Source: Mobula hypostoma (lineage: Eukaryota). From it: a stretch of 64,000 nt of DNA. The notes beneath the pieces are model-generated. The model made no database searches, was not told the origin of the DNA, and saw nothing but the letters and a program-made list of their open reading frames with translations. Of this stretch, positions 24,791 to 38,121 are shown one piece after another (within the stretch, counting starts at the first letter, position 1; the number at the start of each line of letters is the position of its first letter). A program made the position numbers and the translations under genes. Location: assembly GCF_963921235.1 (NCBI RefSeq), contig NC_086097.1, forward strand, positions 113,276,001-113,340,000. Reading direction: 5' to 3'.

Positions 24791-27000
24791 AAGTGAAGTT
24801 ACATTATTGGCAGAAAACTATTTACAGAATAACAGATAACCAAAGTGATTACATAGCAGTAATCTCATCAAGTGGTTCAGGTGACAGTGTAACCTATGAG
24901 AATAAGGAATCTAAACCAAAAGATGAAATTACAGTCATGAAGTCACCCTCATAAGTGTTAGTTTTTTTCTTAATACATCAATTGAAACCTATGAGGTTGT
25001 ATTGCTGATTTTTTTTTTTGCAAGAACAGCAAACGCCATCATACAGCAAATGTCAATGAGTTCTACATCATTGATTTACCATTATGTCTGCCTTAAAGGA
25101 TTAATAACTGGAATTTAATATAGGTAAAATTATTGAAATTTTGATCAGACTACCTACAAACAAGAGATTGTCAACAAATTTTATTGCATTTATGAAAAAA
25201 TAGTTTTAAAATGCCAATAACTTCTCTCCAAAGCATACCTGTTTTCAAAGTATATTCTTGAGAGTGAATATTAGCCAATGAGACTAAAATGATCAAAAAA
25301 GACTAATATTAATAAATGAATATATAATTCATTTCATTCGCTATTTCAGCCAAGTGTCTGCCTCCTTTCTCTTTAAAGCCTGGGCAGGGGATTTAGCTAC
25401 AGCTGACTAGCTTGTATTTCTCGAACTACAGTAATTAAAATGCAGGCAATGACATAGACTTCCACATCAAATCATTTCAAAAAAACATTGTGTTCAGTCT
25501 GCTGAAAAAACGCATGCTTTTATGTGCATATCTGGAATTAATGTTTAAATAAAAATGCACACTGTATATGCAAGTATAAACAACTCACACATCCTTGTAG
25601 TTCTAGACAATGACAAATGCACCATCCATGAATTTGAACTTATAAATCCGTCTTTGGTGACACAGATTTAACACACCAAGTCACCCTCAAGTGCTTTATT
25701 TTTAATATACTGTATCTTCCATCATAAATGTTGATAAAATGTGAACATGCTGAGAGAGAAACACAAGGCATACGTTGTAAAATTCTTTGCTGTGCTAACA
25801 GCAGAACTGTATATGTCACTACATAGAATGGTAATTCCCACAAATAAAGTTCCACACCAATTTTATCCCCCTTCATGTACTAGATATGAACAAATTACAA
25901 GATTCTAGATAACTATTTCACTTTCAAAAACAATATCCTGTTTTGAAATGTGTTCTTTTCTAGGAGGCGGAAGCTGTATATTTTGTTACATTATTTTCTT
26001 TTAATCTGATGATACACAATTAATTTCTATCAAGTGTCAACAGTTAAGACATAACATAATCAAAACATGAAACACGTACCAAAACAGAAGCCTGACATCT
26101 TTTGAGAATCTCAGAATGCTTAGATCGAAATGAGCCTCTCTCTTTGTGCAAAGCATTTTCATTTTGTTTCTTTCAGAAATAAGATCCAATTAAAATCTGT
26201 ATAAATCTTTCAACCTGCCGCCCTACTTTACACAAAACCGGAAGTGAATGTCTTCAGAACAGCACATATAAGACACTAATGTACAGCTTTCAATATGATT
26301 CTGCAACTCAAACAAGGAAGATCACACAACAAGCCATGCCCTTAAAGGGCCATGAACAGCAACGGAGGTAGAATTGTCACAGGTAACTACTACTGCTCAT
26401 ATTCCATTGTATTTCCTGAATATACAACCGAAGTAATTAAATACATTGGAAACAGCAATTTCAAAAAAAGCACCACGACAAACAATCCACTTATCACAAT
26501 GAAGCAATAATGATAATATGAATGTGTGAGCAAATGTAAAGGCACTACGTTACTAAACAACAAACAGGAAGACGGCAGCATTTTACGAATTAATTTAAAA
26601 ATTATACGCTACAACGGTTCAGCGGAGAATGAAACTAACACCATTGAGCCAGCAACCCCAGGTGACTTTATATTGTATTCCGTTTGAGTTTCAGTTTACT
26701 TTCATAATGATATAACCAGTAATAGAAACATTTAGCTTGATTAAGGTTCAAATGACTTTTGATATCCTTCTACACTTTCTTGCACGTTCCCTTCTGATCC
26801 GTGGCCTTCATTTCTAAATTAGTCTTTCCCTCTCAACACTCTCTCAATGGGCAAGATCTGTTGTCAAGTCTCAGAGTTAATTTCTTTTTATAATTTGAGC
26901 CAACGATCTAGGACTGCCTCGGATTTTGCCACATTGCTCGGTTATGGCCTGGCTCGGGCTCCGACATTACCTATGGAGCCTGCCAAGCTGCCGGCTGCTA

Positions 27001-27029
27001 GGCGCTGTCCATGGGTTTGTGGTGCTGAA
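27001..27029 (-). promoter_or_regulatory. Non-canonical (expanded-spacer) RE1/NRSE REST site
   Basis: GGCGCTGTCC-(ATGGGTTTGT)-GGTGCTGAA: both half-sites match the RE1 consensus exactly, with a 10-nt spacer instead of 2. Confidence 0.7.
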
Positions 27030-27560
27030 ACTCGCGCGTCGCGCACCCCGCCCCCGCCCCACCAACAAACCCGCCGCCGTAACTGGATTTGGCTCACGAA
27101 CTCCAGCATGGCTGGAGCTCGGCACTGTCGGTGTGTTAAGCACCGGGGTCGAGTGCTAGCGCTCTTGCGAGCAGGAAGGGGAAACAGACGAAGAGAGCAA
27201 AGGAGAGAGAGCTAAGAAACACTATTCCCAAAGACGCATCCCTGAAAACCTAACACAAAACACTCAAGGACCCAAACCCCAGGCAGCTTCACTTGGAAAT
27301 CCTTGTTACAAAATGAACCAACTCAAAGCTCAGAGCACAGTCTTCGTGCTGAAATGTCAGGCGGAAGATGGCGGCCGGGAAAACCCAGCCCACCGCTCCT
27401 AGGTAAAATATTACAACTAAAAACAGCTTCTACAAGGCCACCTCTTTGGGACTGTTGGCTGCAGGCTTGACCTTTCCTTATACCCTTTTTTTTTCATTCC
27501 GCTGTAGCAATAGTTTTGTATTTAGTTTGAACAATATAGTAGAGATGCCGGTGTTCTTAC

Positions 27561-27772
27561 CTGAGCATTGACTGTTCCTTCTCTTCCTCCTGGCGTTGTC
27601 TGTCCATTACGGCCAGAATTATCTTCCTCTCCTCCTCGGTGAGGTGGCTGAGGTCCGGCATCCCGGGCATGTCGGCAGAAGGAGGAGCCGGTGAGGCAAG
27701 AATAGGCGGATGAGGATGAGGAGAAACAGGGCCAGGCTGGCGAGGGCCCCGAGGCCCGAGTGGCGCCGACAT
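27561..27772 (-). CDS. RIMS2: RIMS2 (RIM2-alpha) first coding exon, N-terminal Rab3-binding helix
   Basis: MSAPLGPRG...MPDLSHLTEEERKIILAVMDRQRQEEEKEQSML matches the RIM2 N-terminus (MSAPLGPRG and KIILAV favour RIMS2 over RIMS1); ATG has A at -3; 212 nt ending in a phase-2 AG|GTAAG donor at 27560. Confidence 0.93.
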
Positions 27773-29052
27773 CTTTAATGAGAATGTATCAACAACAACA
27801 AAAAAAAAACTCGCATACACGGCAAGGATTACAGGAGCGGGTAGGAGGGAAAGAGCGGGACGCCGGCGGGGTTGGTGTGCTGCCTTAGGGAAACTCCCGG
27901 ACCCGGGCGCTGTGGGTGGCGGTGGCGACAGCGATGGGAAGACGAGAAAGCGGCTCCAGTCACATCCAAATTATTTCCACGGCTCGCTGCAATTCGCTTC
28001 ATAATTCTCTCTCTCCATTTATGCATATGCACTTTGCAGGATGGGATGCGCCAGGAGGGAGGGGGAATCCGCAAAAAAAAACCCTCTGAGTTAGGAAATG
28101 CGATGCATGGTCTCTTGTTGCCCGTCTTTCTCTGTCCTCTCTCGCTGTCTGCTAACCCTTCCTAACATGATTAGCGAGCACGTTACTGTTGTATCCAGCC
28201 CATCGCCTCTCTCTCGGCTTGTGCAGAAAAGAAAAGACGTCAAAAAAGTTCAATTAAAAAAAAGATTTTTAAAAAAGGCTGAGTCTAATTCCTGGACGTG
28301 GGTCAGACACACGTACACACACACAGTTAAAATGATATATTGACTGAAAGAGTGAAGGGGGAAAGCGAGCCCGAGCGCGCGTTCACTGACAGCGAACTCC
28401 CGGCAAACTGTGGAGTGGATCATTGATCAGGACATGGAGCGCTGCCAAATTGGACTCCGCTCAACCCCCGCACCAGGCCATCCAATTCTGCCTAATCCAA
28501 GGAAAAGGAGAAATCAAATTCGATTTAGTATTATTGTGGTGCAATTTAATTAAGAATGGTTCTATCTGCCGTTATTAAAACGTGTGATTATTTTATGGAA
28601 GACACTATTGAGTTGTATCACAGCATAAACTTAATAATTATTTTTACCATTAAGATTCAGATCCATTCATCCTCGGTCGCCGTGAGAGAAGAAGTGCATT
28701 TATTTTTGAAGCTTCATCGGGCTTTTCGGCGATTTTATTGAGATGACGTGAGTAATTTTCTGCCGCATATCTTTGGACTGCATGGCAAGCAAATTATTTG
28801 TTGGTAATAAACAACTGGTAATTGACCAACAAAAATAAGTCGACGTTTCGGAGACTCAATTTAGTGTCGCGCATAACTAAGGAGGTTCCGACCCATTCAA
28901 ACGGCGGCGAAAAACTGCAGTCCAAAGATAAAAAGTAAGATCGACTTAAATATACCGTAAGAAATTAAACTGTTGTTTTCTTTTTGGCATTTTGAAGTCT
29001 TTAATTTTTGATCCGCTTCACCGATTCCGTGGTCTGGTGTGCAGTTCCCGAA

Positions 29053-29073
29053 TACAGCACGTCGGACAGTAAC
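29053..29073 (+). promoter_or_regulatory. Candidate canonical-spacing RE1/NRSE site upstream of RIMS2
   Basis: TACAGCACGTCGGACAGTAAC versus consensus TTCAGCACCACGGACAGCGCC; CAGCAC-n3-GGACAG core kept, 3' tail divergent. Confidence 0.45.
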
Positions 29074-30373
29074 CGACGTGATTGCCTTCTCTCTCTCACG
29101 AGCCCGGACGGTGTACGTCATCTGTTTCAGCTGCTTGTTTTCTCCGGATCTTAAGCTTCGTGAAAAAGTTACTTGACAGGATGTATACCTGAATCGACAA
29201 CTGCGAAAAACAAAAAATTAATAAAGAAATATTGTCCAGACAGTGACTATCATTAATTTGGGATGTTTCTATTCAGGGTTAACGTAAGATATCTAACACC
29301 ACGGGAAAAGGAAAGGTTTCAACTTTTGAAATGCTTCACAGAGTTCCTCGTAACCACAGGGGCAGTCAGGAACAAATTACGTTGAGGCACACGATTTGTG
29401 GTGTGCGGTTTTTCATTAAGACTATTGTGTTCCTTTCTATTTACTGTGAGTGCCCGCAAGAAAATGAATCTCAGGATAGTATATGTACTTTGATAATAAA
29501 TTTATTTTGTACTTTGCACTTTGATTGTAATTTCCATAGCGGGATGTCATCTCAATATGTAATTGTGCATAAGCTCGAGGAGTTTCCAAAGAACTGATAA
29601 TCAGTGAAATCCTTTCATCTTAGAACTTGTCGAAACCAACCCTAGGCAACCAACACTCACCTATATTTTCGATACACAATATTACTTCCGTTATACCGAG
29701 GTAGGCAAATGAAGTCAAGACCTTCAGGTAAAATTCTACCTGTATGTCATGCTTAGCAAGTGATAACATAAAACAATATAGTTGCTTTATTGTATCACTC
29801 TTTGAAGATAAAGAAGAGTCCCAACCTTCAAAAGCGATATTGGTCGTCAATCACATCGCCCAGAAAGGAACAAGACCACACAAGTTGTTATTTTCATTTG
29901 GATATAAAACTAAATTCATTAGTCAGGTGATTTCTCCACGACATACTATTATATCAGCCCAATGACAGAAAACACTAACTTGGTTTGCTGTAAAGATGGA
30001 AAGCAGAAACCAAACTGTGAATACTGGAATAGTTGCGAGAGGAACAGAGTTAAACAGTAGGGAACCAGGCCCTTTGGCCCAACTCATCCTAGCCAACAAC
30101 GAAGTCTGAGCTAGGTCTAGCTGTCTCTGTTTGGCCCAAATCCTTCCAAGCCTATTTTGTTTTAAAATAGTAGAAGCATACAACATTGGAAAAGGCATAA
30201 GGTAGTTTAATGGCCTTGCTTTTCTCTTCATGGGCCTACTCCTATAGCATGACCTCAGCACAGATCCCACTGTCTGTTTCCAGTTATTCCTTTTATGCAT
30301 AAAACACTTCTATAGCACATGCAAACACCTTTTAAATGTTTACATTCTCTGAACAATAATTCATGGGATTCCT

Positions 30374-33300
30374 GCCAATGACATAGGCAGGAAGAGGGAT
30401 GAGGTCCTGAAGTGTGAGTTTCAGGAACTAGGCAGAAGGCTGAAAAACAGGACCTCAAGGGTGGGGTTCTCAGGATTGCTGCCAGTGCTATGTGACAGTG
30501 ATGGTAACAATTGAAGGAGATGGCAGTTGAATGCGTGGCTGAGGAGTTGGTGCAGGGAGCAGGGTTTTAGATTTTTGGATCATTGGGATCTATTCTGGGG
30601 AAGGTGGGACCTTTACAGATTGGATGGGTTGCACCTGAACTTGAGGGGGAGCAATATCCTTGCAGGTAGGTTTGCTGGCATGGTTCGGGAGGGTTTAAAC
30701 TAATTTGCAAGGGGGATGGGACCCAGAACGATAGAGCAGTGAAAGAAGTGCATGGAGTAAAGCCAGATCTAACATATAGAGAGGCTTTGAGGAAAGAAAA
30801 ACAGAATAAATGGTGTAAAGACAGTAAGGTAGAAGGGCTGAAATGTGTGTACCTCAATGCAAGAAGCATCAGGAACAAAGGTGATGAACTGAGAGCTTGG
30901 AAACATACATGGAATTATGATGTAGTGGCCATTACAGAGACTTGGCTGGAACCAGGGCAGGAATGGATTCTCAATATTCCTGGATTTCAGTGCTTTAAAG
31001 AGGATAGAGAGGACAGAAAAAGGGGAGGAGGGGTGGCATTACTGGTCAAGGATACTATACAGCTACAGAAAGGGTGAGTAACATAGCAGGATCCTCTTTT
31101 GAGTCAGTATAGGTGGAAGTCAGGAACAGGAAGGGAGCAGTTACTCTATTATGGGTATTCTATAGGCCCCCTGGTAGCAGCAGAGATACAGAGGAGCAGA
31201 TTGGGAGGCAGATTTTGGAAAGGTGCAAAAATAACAGAGTTGTTATCATGGGTGACTTTAACTTCCCTAATATTGATTGGCACCTGATTAGTTCCAAGGG
31301 TTTAGATGGGGCAGAGTTTGTTAAGTGTGTCCAGGACGGATTCCTGTCACAGTATGTGGACAGGCCGACTAGGGGGAATGCCATACTAGATCTAGTACGA
31401 GGTAATGAACTGGGTCAGGTCACAGATCTCTCAGTGGGTGAGCACCTGGGGGACAGTGACCACCGCTCCCTGGCCTTTAGAATTATCATGGAAAAGGATA
31501 GAATCAGAGAGGACAGGAAAATTTTTAATTGAGGATGGGCAAATTATGAGGCTATAAGGCTAGAACTTGCGGGTGTGAATTGGGATGATGTTTTTGCAGT
31601 GAAATGTACTATGGACATGTGGTCGATGTTTAGAGATCTCTTACAGGATGTTAGGGATAAATTTGTCCCGGTGAGGAAGATAAAGAATGGTAGGGTGAAG
31701 GAACCATTGGTGACAAGTGAGGTGGAAAATCTAGTCAGGTGGAAGAAGGCAGCATACATGAGGCTTTGGAAGCAGGGATCAGATGGGTCTATTGAGGAAT
31801 ATCGGGAAGCAAGAAAGGAGTTTAAGAAAGGACTGAGAAGAACAAGAAGGGGGCATGAGAAGGCCTTAGTGAGTAGGGTAAAGGAAAACCCCAAGGCATT
31901 CTTCAATTATGTGAAGAAAAAAAGGATGACAGGAGAGATGGTAGGACCGATTAGAGATAAAGGTGGGAAGATGTGTCTGGAGGCTGTGGAAGTGAGCGAG
32001 TTCCTCAATGAATACTTCTCTTCGGTATTCACCAATGAGAGGGAACTTGATGATGGTGAGGACAATATGAGTGAGGTTGATGTTCTGGAGCATGTTGATG
32101 TTAAGGGAGAGGAGGCATTGGAGTTGTTAAAATACATTAGGATGGATAAGTCCCCAGGGCCTGACGGAATATTCCCCAGGCTGCTCCACGAGGCGAGGGA
32201 AGAGATTGCTGAGCCTCTGTCTAGGATCTTTATGTCCTTGTTGTCCATGGGAATGGTACCGGAGGATTGGAGGGAGGCGAGTGTTGTCCCCTTGTTCAAA
32301 AAAGGTAGTAGGAATAGTCCAGGTAATTATAGACCAGTGAGCCTTACGTCTGTGGTGGGAAAGCCATTGGAAAAGATTATTAGAGATATGATCTCTGGGC
32401 ATTTAGAGAATCATGGTCTGATCACGGACAGTCAGCATGGCTTTGTGAAGGGAAGATCATGTCTAACAAGCCTGATAGAGTTCTTTGAGGAGGTAACCAG
32501 GCATATAGATGAGGGTAGTGCAGTGGATGCGATCTATATGGATTTTAGTAAGGCATTTGACAAGGTTCCACACGGTAGGCTTATTTAGAAAGTCAGAAGG
32601 CATGGGATCCAGGGAAGTTTGGCCAGGTGGATTCAGAATTGGCTTGCCTGCAGAAGGCAGAGGGTGGTGCTGGAGGGAGTACATTCAGATTGGAGGATTG
32701 TGACTAGTGGTGTCCCACAAGGATCTGTTCTGGGACCTCTACTTTTCGTGATTTTTATTAACGACCTGGATATGGGGGTAGAAGGGTGGGTTGGCAAGTT
32801 TGCATCAACACAAAGGTTGGTGGTGTTGCAGATAGTGTAGAGGATTGTCAAAGACTGCAGAGAGACATTGATAGGATGCAGAAGTGGGCTGAGAAGTGGC
32901 AGATGGAGTTCAACCTGGAGAAGTGTGAGGTGGTACACTTTGGAAGGACAAGCTCCAAGGCAGAGTACAAAGTAAATGGCAGGATACTTGGTTGTGTGGA
33001 GGAACAGAGGGATCTGTGGGTACATGTCCACATATCCCTGAAAGTTGCCTCACAGGTGGATAGGGTATTTAAGAAAGCTTATGGGGTGTTAGCTTTCATA
33101 AGTCGAGGGATAGAGTTTAAGAGTCATGATGTAATGATGCAGCTCTATAAAACTCTGGTTAGGCCACACTTGGAGTACTGTGTCCAGTTCTGGTCACCTC
33201 ACTATAGGAAGGATGTGGAAACACTGGAAAGGGTACAGAGGAGATTTATCAGGATGCTGCCTGGTTTAGAGAGTATGCATTATGATCAGAGATTAAGGGA

Positions 33301-33696
33301 GCTAGGGCTTTACTCTTTGGAGAGAAGGAGGATGAGAGGAGACATGATAGAGGTGTACAAGATAACAAGAGGAATAGATAGAGTGGACAGCCAGCGCCTC
33401 TTCCCCAGGGCATCACTGCTCAATACAAGAGGACATGGCTTTAAGGTGAGGGGTGGGAAGTTCAAGGGGGATATTAGAGGAAGGTTTTTTACTCAGAGAG
33501 TGGTTGGTGCATGGAATGCACTGCCTGAGTCAGTAGTGGAGGCAGATACACTAGTGAAGTTTAAGAGACTACTAGACAGGTATATGGAGGAATTTAAGGT
33601 GGGGGATTACATGGGAGGCAGAGTTTGAGAGTTGGCACAAAAGTGTGGGCTGAAGGGCCTGTACTGTGCTGTACTATTCTATGTTCTATGTTCTAT
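30374..33696 (+). mobile_element. CR1 LINE, 5'-truncated: SGNH-esterase ORF1 remnant plus APE-RT ORF2 with a few stops and frameshifts
   Basis: NDIG...FRFLDHWDLFW...DGLHLN (30374-30700); [41 protein letters not shown]; (TTCTATG)n tail at ~33677-33696. Confidence 0.93.
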
Positions 33697-34221
33697 TATA
33701 CAATGCCCTGAATAATATCCTGTTCAGGAAGGGAACTTCTTCACTTCCATCATCAGATTTCTGAATGGTCCATGAACCCATGAACACTGACTCACTATTT
33801 TGCACTACTTATTTATTTTTGTATTTTTTGTAACTTATAGCAATTTTCATGTATAGTACTGCACTATTGTATCTTCAAAGCAAGTGAAACGACAATGATT
33901 TTTCTCTCTTTTTTTTTGGTTATCTGAAGTTCAACAAGTTGTATAGTCATGTTTTATTACACAGTTCTAAATAGATAAAAAAAAAAGATTCCTGAGGCCA
34001 AAAGGTTTGATATTGCGGCTCCTCAACTATTGAAAACTGATCTATACACAGATTTCTTGCATACCACCAAAGGTTTTCAGAAAGATAATTTTCAGAAAAA
34101 TGCATTCCCAGCATTTGTCATATTGGATGAGGGTTGCTAAGGGAAATCGATTTCAGCACTGAAACCTCCATTCAGAATACCTAAACATTAGAAATTGAAA
34201 AATAATAAAATAACTTTGGGA

Positions 34222-34475
34222 GCTGTGGGGGGAGCAGCAACAGCACAGTAGTGTAGCAGTGTTAGTGTAACACTATTACAGTACCAGCATCTGGGTTCAG
34301 ATCTGCAACTGTCTGTAAGGAGTTTGTAGAGTGAATTCTCCAAATTACCACGAGCTCCATCTGGCTGTTCAGGTTCCCTCCCACATCTCAAAGGCATATG
34401 GATTAGTAGGTCAATTGGTCACATTGGTTGTTAGGCCAGAAGGACCTGTTATCGTGCTGCATCTCTAAATAAAAC
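34222..34475 (+). mobile_element. tRNA-derived SINE
   Basis: A/B-box-like head (GGTTCAGATC), CTGTAAGGAGTTTGTA and GGTTCCCTCCCACA core shared with the copies at 42160-42415, 50780-51065 and 60890-61200. Confidence 0.6.
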
Positions 34476-36524
34476 TAAAATATGTAATTAGGTTGACGCG
34501 TAATATCTGCACAGTGTAAACCCTCCTGTAAAAATGCATGAACATTTAAATCTCATAAAAATCTTGGAAGAAAAAGAAATAAAAGAGAACAGAAGGTATC
34601 ACAACTTGGACATCTGAATTTATTCAAGAACTTTCCAATGGGACATTGTGCTGTCATGTGATACATCCATGCTATTTGCTATAGTTTAGCATCAACATTT
34701 CATACTTTTCACTTATGATCTACAGTATATACACTAATGTCATTTTTCGTTTCAAAGAATTGAATGTGCAACTTTCAAAGAACCATTGGAAGAAGGCATT
34801 CTCACCTTTAAAGTTTTGAATTATTATTTATCTACAAACTAAGCTTTTCTTCAAATCTCCTTTCTTCAATTATCTACTGATGCGATTAACACAGGCTAAA
34901 ATAAGATAAATAGATTTAGTAAGATGCCATTCTTTATGTTTGAATGTAAGTAAATTACATCGACCATGGAGACAGTTAACAGGTGAAGGGCTAATCACAG
35001 TAAGGTCTGATGGTGGCTTCATTTATTATTCACAACTGTTTACTTTCTAGCAAAGCCAGCTATTTATTTACTAGCAACTATTTTTTAGAGTCCCCTCCAA
35101 TCCTGATTTCACAGGTGATGAGAGCAATACAGCACCTGCATTGACACCTGCCTTGTGAATAATACTACTTGAGAATAATCAGTACTAATGGATAGGACAT
35201 CTCAGGGTTGTTAGCTGTACCATTGCACAAAGGGGACAGATTTTTCTAATAAGGCGAGGGCAATGCTAATTGATACTGGTTTTTAATTATGCCTGATTTA
35301 TACGCTGATAGACCATATTGTATCTCAAAAAAATAATACACTTCTATTCATACTTTGCCTTTCTACCATTAGCTTTCCAAAATAAACATCTTGTGGTTTG
35401 CTTACCGTTGCTATTCATTGAAGAGGTAAAACCATACAATAGGAAATAGCTTATCTTGCTACAGGTAATGAAGTCTTCTCCCTTTGAATCAAAGTACCCC
35501 ATTAATATTGTGATAAATAACAACCAATCAACACTTCTGGCACACAAAAAAATAATTAGTAATTAATTTTAAAAGAGACTAATTCATTGTTCCATATTTT
35601 AGGAAATTATTTGAAGGTATTTTCCTTCCATCTTTTTTCTCATTTTTGAATCCAATCTTTATTTCTTCTTTGTTGATGCCCCTGATATGAATTCAAATTC
35701 ACAATTTTTATACTTCCTTCTCAGTCAGTGCACTAGTAATGGCACCAAGCTTCAGTCTGATTGATTAGCAGAATGCACATTTAACTGCCCATTTCACTCA
35801 CAATCCAGATGTATTACTTCCAGTTGTGCACTTTAACAGCTCATACATATAGCTATTTGCCACACAAAAAAAATACATATATGCAAAGCTAGTTCTGGCT
35901 ACTTTCCGGCATTGTTTTTATTCTCTGGGCAAAGTAATGCCCAAATTATCACATTTCAAATTTACTGTAAATTTGTATTTGCGTCAAGAAATGTAGGGGA
36001 GGTTTGACCCAAAAGTAGGGCAGTGGAGATGATTCAGCAATGGACTGCAAAAATAATAAGCCATGAGGTACTACAAAACAAGAGATAACAGATATTAAAA
36101 CCCACAGGCAATAAATAACCAAAGGCTATGAGCAACTGTTTGAAGCTGTCTGGTTCGATGGCTGAAACAAGGACTGTGGATGAGAGCTGGGTTTAACTAG
36201 GTTGCGGGTGATGAGTTGGAAACAAGAGGCAGGTGACTCCTCTTAGCTGTGTAGAGACTGGAAGGTGCCTGCCTATGTAGGCCTGACGGTCTGTGTTGAT
36301 TTAAATTAAACTCTATGAGAAAAATAAAGCAGCATTTCCACATCATTAAATCTATTATAATGTTTAAAAATAATTGGGTAAGCGATTTGCCAAAAAGATC
36401 CCAGCAATCTTTTCTAGCTTTTAGATTATTATTTGAAAATTGAAATGATGATCAATGAAATAGCGATATTGATGACAGGAAACATAAAATATCATTCTCA
36501 CTGTCTGGTGGAGTCTGCTCTGCT

Positions 36525-36596
<72 letters not shown>
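36525..36596. repeat. Compound microsatellite (TA)n(TG)n(TA)n
   Basis: Directly visible. Confidence 0.95.
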
Positions 36597-36597
<1 letters not shown>

Positions 36598-36685
36598 GTA
36601 TGCTTTCACCATGTAGATTCTTAAATCAAAATACCTGTTTCTGAATATTAATTACTGTACAACCAAGAATATCAATTAGGTTCAA

Positions 36686-36945
36686 CCACAAGAAAATCTG
36701 CAGATACTGGAAATCCAAGCAACACACACAAAATGCTGGAGAGACTCAGCAGGCCAGGCAGCGTCTATGGAAGAGAGTAAACAACTGGTATTTCGGACCA
36801 AGTCTCTTCATCAGGACTGGGAAAAAAGATGAGAAGTCAGAGCAAGAAGATGGGGAGAAGGATCTCAGCACAAAATGTCGACTGTTTACTGTTTTCCATA
36901 GATGCTGCCTGGCCTCTCTAAGTTCCTCCAGCACTTTGTGTGATG
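36686..36945. repeat. Short fold-back of two Penelope termini
   Basis: CACAAAATGCTGGA...GCAGCGTCTATGGAA is mirrored by TTCCATAGATGCTGCC...TCCAGCACTTTGTG. Confidence 0.7.
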
Positions 36946-38121
36946 TTATATCAATACGGTTACTATGTTTGCCAGATTATTGTATATGAATTTCAGAAAT
37001 AATGGAAGGTGTTAATTCTGTCAACATTCAAGGTTGTTTTATTGCTGTCCCTCACTTAAGAAGATTACTGGGTTTAGTTTACATTTGTGAGGGATTAAAT
37101 ATAGAACTGAATCAATTTATAATATGGAAAGTTCAACAATAGATTATATCAAATCAATTTCTTGGCAATGAATTGAACATGTCTGCCTCTCCTTTACCTG
37201 AATAAAGCCATAACTACAAACAGATTATTTTAAAAATATAAATATAATAAGATCCTCCTTGTCGAAATTTCAAATGGTAAACATTACTCCTCTGGCAAAA
37301 AGAAAATGATATATGCCATCCAAATGTGATACCTAGAGCTCATTATATCAACAAAGAAACTAGATTTCCAAAATTAACTATAAATAGGGATTAATTATTT
37401 CCAAATTATTCAACATTTTGGTTAAGCCATTCTAAACTCTCCTTTCTCTTTGGAATTTCCAATGGAATAATAATTTAGCTAAAAGAGCCAAGATGATAAC
37501 ATGGCCAAATTGAAACTTCTTGATGTCCATACATGAAAATAATTTATTCACATGTCACATATGAGTCTGAGATAAACTTTTGAAAAATGTTTGCTCCTTG
37601 GAGCAAGGCCATCGACCATCACTTCACAGTCTTACCTGTCTTTACACTGTTAGCTTTTCCCTCTAATCTGCACCTTTGCAGCTCCAGACTTGACTATTCC
37701 CATTCTCTCCTACCCAGTGTTCCATCTTTTACACTTTGTTTCCTAAACATACTGTATATTGTACTGTCCAAGGGATTGTCAGAGATCATCACTTATTAAA
37801 CCTGTTACATTGACCTACAATTAGGCTATTGAGCTACCATTTAATCTATAGGAAATTGGGATGCAAGTTAATCAATATTTTCAGGCAGTATTTTAACTTG
37901 TTAAGCATTTATGTGATGTGCTAATTAATATAATTATTATCAAAAACATTAATCAGAATGCACTTATTCATAGATGGTTTGAAGTCTTATTGGCTTTCTA
38001 TAAAGTAACAATAATCAGTAATAAGCCACAGTGGGGAAAATAGAGAATGCAGGTTTTCAGCATAATGTCTATTCTTGGCAAAACTCCTGCAGGTGGGTCC
38101 AACTGTACTTCTATGAACCAG

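Larger units (their letters stand above)
26900..29200. promoter_or_regulatory. CpG-rich promoter / first-exon region of RIMS2
   Basis: Visible CpG enrichment over the AT-rich flanks, GC boxes (CCCCGCCCC ~27052-27060), CRE-like TGACGT half-sites (~28744, ~29114), no recognisable transposons. Confidence 0.7.

Noticed and set aside
27121..27140. Third RE1-like motif GGCACTGTCGGTGTGTTAA
   Set aside because: It needs a gap and several core mismatches, so it is not distinguishable from chance.
1..27560. Further RIMS2 exons (zinc-finger exon)
   Set aside because: No KLHQQFE or CGICHKTKFADG-like peptide was seen on the minus strand; short exons below the ORF cutoff cannot be excluded.
27773..27820. 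N-terminal extension of RIMS2 in the ORF track (MYASFFF...)
   Set aside because: It starts at a non-ATG codon in 5' UTR; homology begins at ATG 27772.
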